Source: Desulfobulbaceae bacterium
GTDB lineage: Bacteria > Desulfobacterota > Desulfobulbia > Desulfobulbales > DAOVSZ01
Direction: 5' to 3'
DNA: 36,207 bases
NCBI GenBank assembly: GCA_030627725.1
Contig: DAOVSZ010000001.1
Coordinates: forward strand, 1-36,207
Positions 18,863-26,848 of the stretch are shown here, in pieces. The notes under the pieces are model-generated. The model had not been told where the DNA came from. It saw only the letters and a list, made by a program, of their open reading frames with translations, and did no database searches. The position numbers and the translations under genes are program-made. The stretch's first letter is position 1; every line of letters starts with the position of its first letter.

Positions 18863-19690
18863 ATGAACAAAAAAGAGATCGAAGATATTGAGATCCATCT
18901 CCTGCTGGAGGCGATCTCAAGACGATACGGATACGATTTCAGGAATTATGCCCAGGCCTCCATGAAACGGAGGATAAAACATGCCGTGGCTCATCTTGAG
19001 TGTGAGGGGATAACCGAACTCACAGGGAGACTCCTTTATGACGAGTCCTTTTTTCAGGATCTCGTGCAAAAATTCAGCATCCCGGTCACGGAGATGTTCC
19101 GGGACCCGGAGGTATATCGGGGCTTGCGGAAAGAGGTGGCCCCCTATCTTGCAACCTATCCCTTTCTCAAGGTCTGGCATGCCGGTTGCGCTACCGGCGA
19201 GGAGGCGTATTCCATCGCCATCCTTCTAAAGGAAGAAGGCCTGTACAACCGGACCACCATCTATGCCACGGATTTTAACGAAGCCGCCCTGAACACTGCC
19301 AAAAAGGGTATTTATCCGATTGACCGTTTCAAGGAGTATAACACCTCATATTTTGAATCAAGCGGAACCAGAAGCCTTTCGGAATACTACCAGGCCGAGT
19401 ACGACTCCGTGATCATGTCTCAGACGCTGAAAAATAACCTCACCTTTGCCAGACACAACCTGGTGACGGACGAGTCATTCGGTGAGATGCACCTCATACT
19501 GTGCCGTAATGTCCTTATCTATTTCAACCAGGAACTCCAAGACAGGGTCCTCAATCTCCTCAGCAAAAGCCTTATCAGGGGTGGCTTTCTCTGCCTCGGC
19601 GCCAAGGAGACTCTGCTGGGTTCTTCTGTTCAAGACCAGTTTGCCGGATTTAACAAGAAACTGAATATTTATAGAAAAAAAATCGAATGA
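18863..19690 (+). CDS. cheR: CheR-type protein-glutamate O-methyltransferase
   Basis: 275 aa counted from MNKKEIEDIE (ATG 18863, 8 nt after the kinase stop). Motifs VTEMFRDP, VWHAGCATGEEAYSIAILL and CRNVLIYF are present. The longer track ORF from 18764 would overlap the kinase. Confidence 0.9.
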   Translation: MNKKEIEDIEIHLLLEAISRRYGYDFRNYAQASMKRRIKHAVAHLECEGITELTGRLLYDESFFQDLVQKFSIPVTEMFRDPEVYRGLRKEVAPYLATYPFLKVWHAGCATGEEAYSIAILLKEEGLYNRTTIYATDFNEAALNTAKKGIYPIDRFKEYNTSYFESSGTRSLSEYYQAEYDSVIMSQTLKNNLTFARHNLVTDESFGEMHLILCRNVLIYFNQELQDRVLNLLSKSLIRGGFLCLGAKETLLGSSVQDQFAGFNKKLNIYRKKIE

Positions 19691-19759
19691 ACGCCGAAAT
19701 TGTGAAACTGTAATAACGGATGGAGAAGGCACTCGTTATTTAATAACTATATCAAAAGG

Positions 19760-19789
19760 TTGACAACTTCGATTATCAGCAAATATACT
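19760..19789 (+). promoter_or_regulatory. near-consensus sigma70 promoter for the REC-kinase-REC gene
   Basis: TTGACA (19760-19765), an 18-nt spacer, then TATACT (19784-19789). AAGGAG lies 6 nt before the ATG at 19835. Confidence 0.5.
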
Positions 19790-19834
19790 CATCTGTAGGA
19801 TTGACATTTATTGCATGATGGCAAGGAGAAAAAC

Positions 19835-21405
19835 ATGCCGAACACCAGGGCAAAAATACTCATAGTCGATGACCGCCTGGAAAACATCCGCGCCCTTGAG
19901 ATAACCCTCCAGCAACTGGACATCGATATCTACAGCGCCCTCTCCGGAAATGCGGCATTAACCCTGATGGTCACGCATGATTTCGCGGTGGTGCTCATGG
20001 ACGTCCAGATGCCCGGCATGGACGGCTTTGAAACCGCCTCATTGATGCAGCACAACAGGCAGACCAGAAATATTCCGATCATCTTCATTACAGCGATCAG
20101 CAAAGACGAACAGCATATCTTCAAAGGATACCAGTCAGGGGCTGTTGATTATCTCTTCAAACCGATCAACGCGGACATCCTCCTCTGCAAGGTAAATGTC
20201 TTTCTGAAACTCTATGAAACCAGGATTGAATGCGAAATGATGCAGGAGGAAGTAAACCGGTCGAAGAACCTTGAATCCTTAGGGATTCTTGCCGGCGGCA
20301 TTGCCCATGACTTCAACAACCTGCTCACCGCCATTTTCGGCAATATCGAACTTGCCAGAAAATTCAGTGTCCCGGGTGGCAAGGCGGAACTGCTGCTTCA
20401 GAATTCTTCAACCGCCATCGACCGGTCAAGGGAGTTGACCAAGCAGCTCTTGACCTTCTCAAAGGGAGGCACGCCTATTAAGCGTGCCACCTCCATCACC
20501 GCACTGATAACCAATGCCTGTTCCGCCTTTCAGGCCAGATCTTCCTCCAACGTCACCATTAACATCCCGCAAGATATCCGGTCGACCAAAATAGACACGG
20601 AGCAGATTTCTCAAGTCTTTCACAGTATGCTCGTGAATGCGGATGAGGCCATGCCGGAGGGGGGGAAATATCAATAACAGCAGAAAATGTAACTATCAAT
20701 CCAAACAGCGCGCTCCCTCTCAAACAGGGAAAATATCTCAAAATCACCATGTCGGACACCGGCCCCGGAATCCCGGAAGAGATTGTCGGCAAGATCTTCG
20801 ACCCGTATTTCTCAACCAAGCAACAGTGTTCCCAGAAAGGCCTGGGACTCGGCCTGGCAATCTGTCACTCGATTATAACAAGGCATGGAGGCTGTCTGCA
20901 GGCGGAATCGGAAAAAGGACGCGGGGCAGTGTTTTATATCTATCTCCCGGCGATAGAGATAGAACCCCTGGCGGGTTCTGAACAGGCGGCGCTAGACTCC
21001 ACACCATACGCACCATCGAAAAGAGGACCAAAACGCATACTTCTGATGGACGATGAGGAGTTCATTATCCAGGTCACCGGTGATATCCTGGAATCCCTTG
21101 GATACGACTACGAGTCCGCCCGCAATGGAGAAGAGGCGCTCAAGCTCTTTATTGAGGCCAAAAAAGAACGGAGACCCTTTGATGCCGTTATCCTTGACTT
21201 GAGTATCCGGAAGGGAATGGGCGGGACTGAAACGATTAAACGAATGCTGAAAATCGACAAATATGTCAGGGCAATCGTTGCGAGCGGATACAGCGAAGAC
21301 GATGTCATGAAAAATTTCCGCGATTACGGTTTTCTGGCAGCCATTGCCAAGCCATTTGACATCAACGGGCTGGAGGATGCGATTAAGCAAATTTTGGACA
21401 AATAA
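19835..21405 (+). pseudogene. REC-HisKA-HATPase-REC hybrid kinase interrupted by a frameshift in a G7 run
   Basis: Frame A (19835-20677) encodes REC (ILIVDD...VLMDVQMPGMDG) and the H-box (GIAHDFNNLLTAI), and ends ...NADEAMPEGGKYQ*. A second frame continues without stops from about 20656 as EISITAENVTI...MSDTGPGIPEE...GLGLGLAI (HATPase) plus a C-terminal REC (ILLMDDE...ILDLSIRKGMGG), ending at 21405. Adding one G to the G7 run at 20659-20665 restores a single ORF of about 523 aa. Confidence 0.85.
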
Positions 21406-21499
21406 CTACGTAAATAAAAAAATATAAATAAGTAATTACAGACCAGAGAGATAAACTCTCAGAATGGCGCGGCTAAGAATCTGATAAGGACCCCACATT

Positions 21500-21700
21500 A
21501 TGGATGAAAAGTCCGATCTGGACAAGTACAAAGACCTCTTTAAAAACTTTGGAGTGCGATACGACCTGTTTCATTATACCGACCAAAGATGGATCGTCAG
21601 GGTATCGGACGATTCTCCCGCTGTAACAGGCTCCCCGGGAACCGGATGGGACGCCGAATTCACCAAAGAAGGTAAATTCATCCAGATCCTGATACGCTAG
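21500..21700 (+). CDS. small hypothetical protein (66 aa)
   Basis: The ORF has a protein-like charged/aromatic composition, and AAGGA lies 9 nt upstream. The overlapping minus-strand 78-aa ORF looks less protein-like. I recognised no motif. Confidence 0.4.
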   Translation: MDEKSDLDKYKDLFKNFGVRYDLFHYTDQRWIVRVSDDSPAVTGSPGTGWDAEFTKEGKFIQILIR

Positions 21701-21796
21701 GTGGTTCATAGTTCAACGTTCAAAGTTGTCCCTAAAACCCGGAACCTGGAACCCGGATTTGCTGATGACAAATGATAAATCCCCAAGGAGAAAGCT

Positions 21797-22459
21797 ATGG
21801 ACGCTCTTGAATGTATCAAAACACGGATGAGTATCCGAAAATTCAAATCCGACCCAGTGCCGAAAAACATTCTGATGGAGGTTGTAGAGACGGCAAAATG
21901 GAGCCCGTCTTATAAAAATACGCAGCCCTGGGAGGTCATTATCCTTTCCGGCGCAGCCAAAGAGTCCCTTTCGAAAATGATGCTCGACCTGCTTGAAAAG
22001 GGCACGGAAAAATGCCCGGATATTCCGGAACCAGGCCCATGGCCCAAGGCCCAGCAGGAGAGAATCGCGGAACTGGTGCAAAGCAGAAAGGAAAAATTCG
22101 GCATCGATCTGGGTGACCCAAAGATCATCATCCAGGCCAAAAAGGTGAATTTCAACTTCTACGGCGCCCCGCATGCGATCTACCTCTATCAGGACGCCTC
22201 TCTTTCACAATGGTCGCTCTTTGACATCGGACTTTTTGCCCAGTCCCTGATGCTCGCGGCCCATGCATCAGGCCTTGGCACCGTGCCTCAGGCCTTTGTG
22301 ACTGACTATTCACGGGAGATAAAGCAGTTTTTGTCCCTGCCTGAGACAAAACGGATCGTCCTCGGATTATCAATCGGCTACCCGGACATGGAAGCCCCGG
22401 CAAACTCGATGCGGACCACACGGGTGAAAACAGAAGAAATCGCGGCCTGGGTTGAATAA
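21797..22459 (+). CDS. nitroreductase-family FMN oxidoreductase
   Basis: 220 aa. It has R.S.RKF (TRMSIRKFKSDPV) and SPSYKNTQPWEVII. AAGGAG lies upstream of the ATG. Confidence 0.9.
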   Translation: MDALECIKTRMSIRKFKSDPVPKNILMEVVETAKWSPSYKNTQPWEVIILSGAAKESLSKMMLDLLEKGTEKCPDIPEPGPWPKAQQERIAELVQSRKEKFGIDLGDPKIIIQAKKVNFNFYGAPHAIYLYQDASLSQWSLFDIGLFAQSLMLAAHASGLGTVPQAFVTDYSREIKQFLSLPETKRIVLGLSIGYPDMEAPANSMRTTRVKTEEIAAWVE

Positions 22460-22514
22460 CCCATTCTTCTTCCCTTGACTTTGCAGAACTGTCCATCATA
22501 CCATCAAAAGTATA

Positions 22515-25433
22515 ATGAACGGCGATCAAACCGTGGGAAATAAAGCAGGTTCAGCAGAACTATCAGCCGCAGACCGCTTGCTGGCAATTATCAGACAGCT
22601 TGTTGTCGAGCTGCAACCCCACTCCCACGACCTCCTTCTTATTACCCTTGACAGTTCACTGGACCGGGACCTGGGCCTTGACAGTCTGACCCGTGTGGAA
22701 CTTCTGGCCAGACTCGAAAATGCCTTTGATATCTCCCTGAGCGAACAAGTCTTGACCACAGCGGAAACACCCCGCGATTTCCTGCGGGCCGTGCTTGGGG
22801 CAGGCAGCAGAATCAGAGGGGCTGTTCCGGCTGAAGCAGACAAGGTGCAGCCGCTTGTTGCGGAAACCGTGCCGCACAATGCGGCAACCCTGGTTGAGGT
22901 ATTGAAATGGCACGTTGCGGCCCATCCGGACCGCCCCCATATCCGGCTGTACAACGATGAGGATGAAGGAGAGGTTATCACCTACGGAGACCTCTGGCAG
23001 GGCGCTGAACAGGTCGCATGCGGCCTGCAGCGCCATGGTGTTTCCTGCGGCGAATCCGTGCTCATCATGCTGCCCACCGGCCGGGATTATTTCATGAGCT
23101 TTTTCGGCATCCTGCTGGCAGGCGGGGTGCCGGTGCCGGTTTACCCGCCCGGTCGCATCAAGCAGATCGAAGAACATCTGCACCGGCATGCAGCCATTGC
23201 CGCCAACAGTCTGGCCCTCTTGATGATTACCATGCCTGAGGCGAAACAGTTTGCAAGGCTGATGCATCAGAAGGCGGCCGGCCTGAAGAAGATAGTAACC
23301 TTTGAAGAAGTGGCAATTGAAGCCGATTCGACGCAGACCGTAAGGCTCCCTGCCCTTGGCGGCGATGATACCGCCTTTCTTCAATACACTTCAGGCAGCA
23401 CCGGCATGCCCAAGGGCGTGGTCTTAAGCCATGCCAACCTGCTGGCCAATGTCCGGGCAATGGGCAGGGCGGTTGAGGTCACATCACGTGACGTTTTTAT
23501 CAGCTGGCTGCCGTTGTATCACGATATGGGACTGATCGGCGCCTGGTTCGGCAGCCTCTATTACGCCTGCCCCCTGATTGTCATGTCACCCCTTGCCTTT
23601 ATAGCCCGGCCGGCACGCTGGCTTAAGGCCATTCACCGTTATCGCGGCACCTTGTCCGCCGCCCCCAACTTTGCCTATGAACTCTGTCTGCGGCGGGTTG
23701 ATGACAAGGATATTGAAGGCCTGGACTTGAGTTCATGGCGGTGCGCCTTTAACGGCGCCGAGGCGGTAAGTCCTGCCATCATTCTCAAATTTTCCGAACG
23801 TTTTGCTCGTTTTGGTTTCCGCCCCGAAACCATGATGCCGGTTTATGGTCTTGCCGAATCATCGGTCGGTCTGGCCTTTCCGCCCCTGGGCCGGGGACCG
23901 ACAACAGACCGGATCAAGCGGCAGGAACTGATGGCCTCGGGCAAGGCAATAGTTGCTGCCGCCTCGGAGAACAAGGCGCTTACGCTCGCCGGATGCGGCC
24001 GGCCGCTGCCAGGTCATCAGATTCGCATTGTTGATGATGCAGACCGGGAACTTCCGGACAGGCAGGAGGGCCGGCTGCAGTTTAAAGGGCCCTCATCCAC
24101 CAGTGGTTATTTCAGGAACCCGGAGAAAACCGGCAGCCTCTTTCACGGCCAATGGCTCGATTCCGGTGATATGGCCTATATCGCTGACGGTGAAGTATAT
24201 ATCACCGGTCGCAGCAAGGATATTATCATCCGGGCAGGCCGTAATATTTATCCTGAAGAACTGGAAGAGGCGATCGGAAAAATCGAGGGAGTGCGCAAGG
24301 GCAACGTCGCAGCGTTCGGCAGCATCGATCCCGACTCTGCCACGGAACGCTTCATTGTGCTTGCTGAAACCAGAAAACGAAGCCCTGATTCCTTGCTGGA
24401 TTTACGGGTCGCCATCAATACGGTTGTTAATGATCTCACCGGCGCCCCTCCTGATGAAGTCGTGCTGGCGCCGCCCAATACCGTGCTCAAGACTTCGAGC
24501 GGCAAGATACGGCGTGCTGCCAGCCGAGAGCTTTATGAACGCGGCGAGATCGGCAGACCGCAACGGGCCGTGTGGCTGCAGGTGGCCCGTTTCTTCTTTA
24601 CTGCCGCCATGCCGCAGATACGGCAGTTTAAGCGACGCGTGGCAGCATCGGCTTATGCCGCATACAGCTGGCTCCTGTTCGGCCTTGCCGCCCCGTTGGT
24701 CTGGATCCTGACGGTTGCGCTTCCTGTAGAGTCCTGGCGCTGGAGCTCTTTGCGTGTGATTCTGCGGGCTGTCTTTCGTCTGGCAGGCGTAAGGATAAAG
24801 GGAGAAGGACTTGATAATTTACCAGGGCCTGCCACCCCTTGTGTCCTGGTGGCAAATCATGCCAGTTATCTTGACGGCATTGTCCTGTCAGCCCTGCTGC
24901 CCTGTTCTTTAAGTTTTGTCGCCAAAGCAGAGCTTCAAAAGTCTTTTTTTGTCCGCACCGGGTTACAGCGGTTAGGCACTGAGTTTGTCGAGCGTTTTGA
25001 GCAGCGGAAAGGGGTCGAGGATGCGAAGGCGCTTATGGAAAGAGGCCGGGCCGGCCGAACCCTTTTATTTTTTGCAGAAGGGACCTTTATGCGGATGCCC
25101 GGTCTGCTGCCGTTCCGGCTGGGCGCCTTTGAGACCGCGATCAAAGGGAATCTGCCGGTGGCGCCGATCGCCATAAGAGGCACACGTTCGATCTTGCGTG
25201 CAGAGTCCTGGTTTCCAAGGCACGGCTCAATCAACGTGCTTGTTGGGGAACCGGTGCAGCCGGAAGAATTTTTACGGAAGGCAAATAGCGATCATTTCAC
25301 CGCAGCCCTGATGTTGCGGGACGAGGTGCGGGCATGGATTTTACGCCATACCGGCGAGCCTGATCTCGCGCATGAACATCCGCCGCTGTCAACCGACGCT
25401 CATCCTCCTGATATAAAGGCAGGATCGACCTGA
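22515..25433 (+). CDS. tri-domain fusion: acyl carrier protein, fatty acyl-AMP/CoA ligase, TM segment, and PlsC-type lysophospholipid acyltransferase
   Basis: 972 aa. The domains are:
- an ACP phosphopantetheine site (DLGLDSLTRVELLARLE)
- an adenylation core (LQYTSGSTGMPKGVVLSH, YGLAESS, TGDMAYI, GRSKDIII, SSGKIRR)
- a hydrophobic segment (AYSWLLFGLAAPLVWILTVALPV)
- acyltransferase motifs (NHASYLDG, FFAEGTF, VAPIAIRGT). Confidence 0.9.
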   Translation: MNGDQTVGNKAGSAELSAADRLLAIIRQLVVELQPHSHDLLLITLDSSLDRDLGLDSLTRVELLARLENAFDISLSEQVLTTAETPRDFLRAVLGAGSRIRGAVPAEADKVQPLVAETVPHNAATLVEVLKWHVAAHPDRPHIRLYNDEDEGEVITYGDLWQGAEQVACGLQRHGVSCGESVLIMLPTGRDYFMSFFGILLAGGVPVPVYPPGRIKQIEEHLHRHAAIAANSLALLMITMPEAKQFARLMHQKAAGLKKIVTFEEVAIEADSTQTVRLPALGGDDTAFLQYTSGSTGMPKGVVLSHANLLANVRAMGRAVEVTSRDVFISWLPLYHDMGLIGAWFGSLYYACPLIVMSPLAFIARPARWLKAIHRYRGTLSAAPNFAYELCLRRVDDKDIEGLDLSSWRCAFNGAEAVSPAIILKFSERFARFGFRPETMMPVYGLAESSVGLAFPPLGRGPTTDRIKRQELMASGKAIVAAASENKALTLAGCGRPLPGHQIRIVDDADRELPDRQEGRLQFKGPSSTSGYFRNPEKTGSLFHGQWLDSGDMAYIADGEVYITGRSKDIIIRAGRNIYPEELEEAIGKIEGVRKGNVAAFGSIDPDSATERFIVLAETRKRSPDSLLDLRVAINTVVNDLTGAPPDEVVLAPPNTVLKTSSGKIRRAASRELYERGEIGRPQRAVWLQVARFFFTAAMPQIRQFKRRVAASAYAAYSWLLFGLAAPLVWILTVALPVESWRWSSLRVILRAVFRLAGVRIKGEGLDNLPGPATPCVLVANHASYLDGIVLSALLPCSLSFVAKAELQKSFFVRTGLQRLGTEFVERFEQRKGVEDAKALMERGRAGRTLLFFAEGTFMRMPGLLPFRLGAFETAIKGNLPVAPIAIRGTRSILRAESWFPRHGSINVLVGEPVQPEEFLRKANSDHFTAALMLRDEVRAWILRHTGEPDLAHEHPPLSTDAHPPDIKAGST

Positions 25434-26239
25434 AATGTATCAAACTGCACGAGGTTATTCGCGTTGATGACCATGTGCAGCTTCCGGATATACTCGTCAC
25501 CCTGTTCACTGTACTTTGTGAGATATCCGGAAAGTTGCCAAGGGTCTGTCAGTGAAACCCGGGCCTTGCGAAACTCTTTATACGGGCCTTTTGCAAGGGT
25601 AAGGAAATAATCGTCTACGGATTCTATGAGTGAGGCGTATTTTTTTACGTAAATCACTTTACCGTCCCGTGTTTCCCTGGCACGGACCCGTGCTTCGTCA
25701 TCCTGGAACGACCAGATCCCAAAGACATTATTGGCGTTTCTGAAAAACCGGGACGCTCCCCATCCGGTTTCAATCGCTGCCTGGGCCAGGACAATACTCG
25801 TGGGGTGGACCTGCATCTTCCGTAAGAGTTCGTCGTAATCCCCGGCCTTGAATCTTTTCATCTGCCGGTCAAGATATGACTTTTCAGCGTCCGTCAGATG
25901 GTCTTTCCGTAAAAACGCAAGCACCCTTTCACGCTGCCTCAAGAGTTTATGTTTACTTATCAGAACTGCCGGGAGCAGGAGATCAAAAAACTTCTTTTTC
26001 TTCTCTCCTACCTGAAGACCCTCAAAAGAAACAACATTGGTGTAGGCAATGGGAGGGACCCTGGTTCCGCTCAGAGACCGTATATCCTCCGGCGTGCTGA
26101 TAGACTGATAGAGGATTTGCAGACCCTCAACCCTTGAAATGACAGGTGGCCGATGCATGACCAGAAGAACCGACACCACAACGATAAGAATACATATCTC
26201 GCAAACCGCTATGATGTACGGTCGTCTTTTTTTATCCAT
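25400..26239 (-). CDS. Bax-like membrane-anchored N-acetylglucosaminidase-domain protein
   Basis: 279 aa with an N-terminal TM helix (YIIAVCEICILIVVVSVLLV). The glucosaminidase-type motif is LAQAAIETGWGASRFFRNANNVFG. Its 3' end overlaps the convergent fusion gene by 34 nt. Confidence 0.8.
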   Translation of the reverse strand: MDKKRRPYIIAVCEICILIVVVSVLLVMHRPPVISRVEGLQILYQSISTPEDIRSLSGTRVPPIAYTNVVSFEGLQVGEKKKKFFDLLLPAVLISKHKLLRQRERVLAFLRKDHLTDAEKSYLDRQMKRFKAGDYDELLRKMQVHPTSIVLAQAAIETGWGASRFFRNANNVFGIWSFQDDEARVRARETRDGKVIYVKKYASLIESVDDYFLTLAKGPYKEFRKARVSLTDPWQLSGYLTKYSEQGDEYIRKLHMVINANNLVQFDTFQVDPAFISGG

Positions 26240-26405
26240 GAATGAAAGGGGGATCCATTTTCGGCAGATCCAGGCTTATTGTTTGAGTATCAGCCTCGAT
26301 GTATGCAGAACGGAATTCCTTAATCAAAATCTTACGGGAAGCAAGATCAAGGCGGGAATAGATGGGGCTCAGTTTCAGGATTTCTATTGCTTCTTCTTCA
26401 GACAT
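26232..26405 (-). CDS. candidate 57-aa small protein overlapping the Bax-like start
   Basis: My own translation is MSEEEAIEILKLSPIYSRLDLASRKILIKEFRSAYIEADTQTISLDLPKMDPPFIHG*. A purine-rich tract (aagaagagaaagaa) lies directly upstream. The stop overlaps the downstream ATG (cATGGATAA). It falls below the 60-aa cutoff of the ORF track. Confidence 0.3.
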   Translation of the reverse strand: MSEEEAIEILKLSPIYSRLDLASRKILIKEFRSAYIEADTQTISLDLPKMDPPFIHG

Positions 26406-26625
26406 TTCTTTCTCTTCTTTTTGTTTAAAAAAAGCTTAACCAAATACATTATATTTTGCCAAGGATTTTCTGACATTGTTGTCTTAATTCTTCAAAAGAA
26501 TGCTCTTTTTTATCCCCACAGAGTTCATCGTTTCTGTGAGGAATTTTATGTCCTACTTTTTTTTGCAATTTCGATGCCGAAGCTACCAAAAAACCTATAT
26601 TCCGCTTGCATAAAGGAATACAGAG

Positions 26626-26641
26626 AGGCGCTGCCTTTGCA
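26626..26641 (+). promoter_or_regulatory. sigma54-type (-24/-12) promoter candidate
   Basis: AGGCGC-N5-TTGCA matches TGGCAC-N5-TTGCW in the GG and GC elements with exact spacing. It lies about 208 nt upstream of the PAS gene. No enhancer-binding protein gene is in the window. Confidence 0.2.
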
Positions 26642-26848
26642 TCTCAAATCTAACGCCGGAGAAACACATCAGTTTCTGGACACAACCTCACCAGAAAATG
26701 TCGGGACAAAGGCCTCAAATCCCAACCTGAATTGTCCATTATTAATAAGAATACACAAAATTCTGCGTGATACAGTTGCGATAAGCTTGAATCTTAGGGT
26801 ATCTTGTTATGTATTATTTTGTTATCGGTCGGAAAGGAACGCTGATCA

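Noticed and set aside
21473-21709. 78-aa minus-strand ORF overlapping the 66-aa plus-strand ORF.
   Set aside because: It has no upstream ribosome-binding site and a less protein-like sequence. The plus-strand ORF is co-directional with its neighbours and has an AAGGA upstream. Neither ORF is strongly supported.
22656-23384. 242-aa minus-strand ORF, plus the 151-aa ORF at 22526-22981, opposite the ACP-ligase region.
   Set aside because: Both are antisense to a gene with intact ACP and adenylation motifs. Neither shows a recognisable motif.
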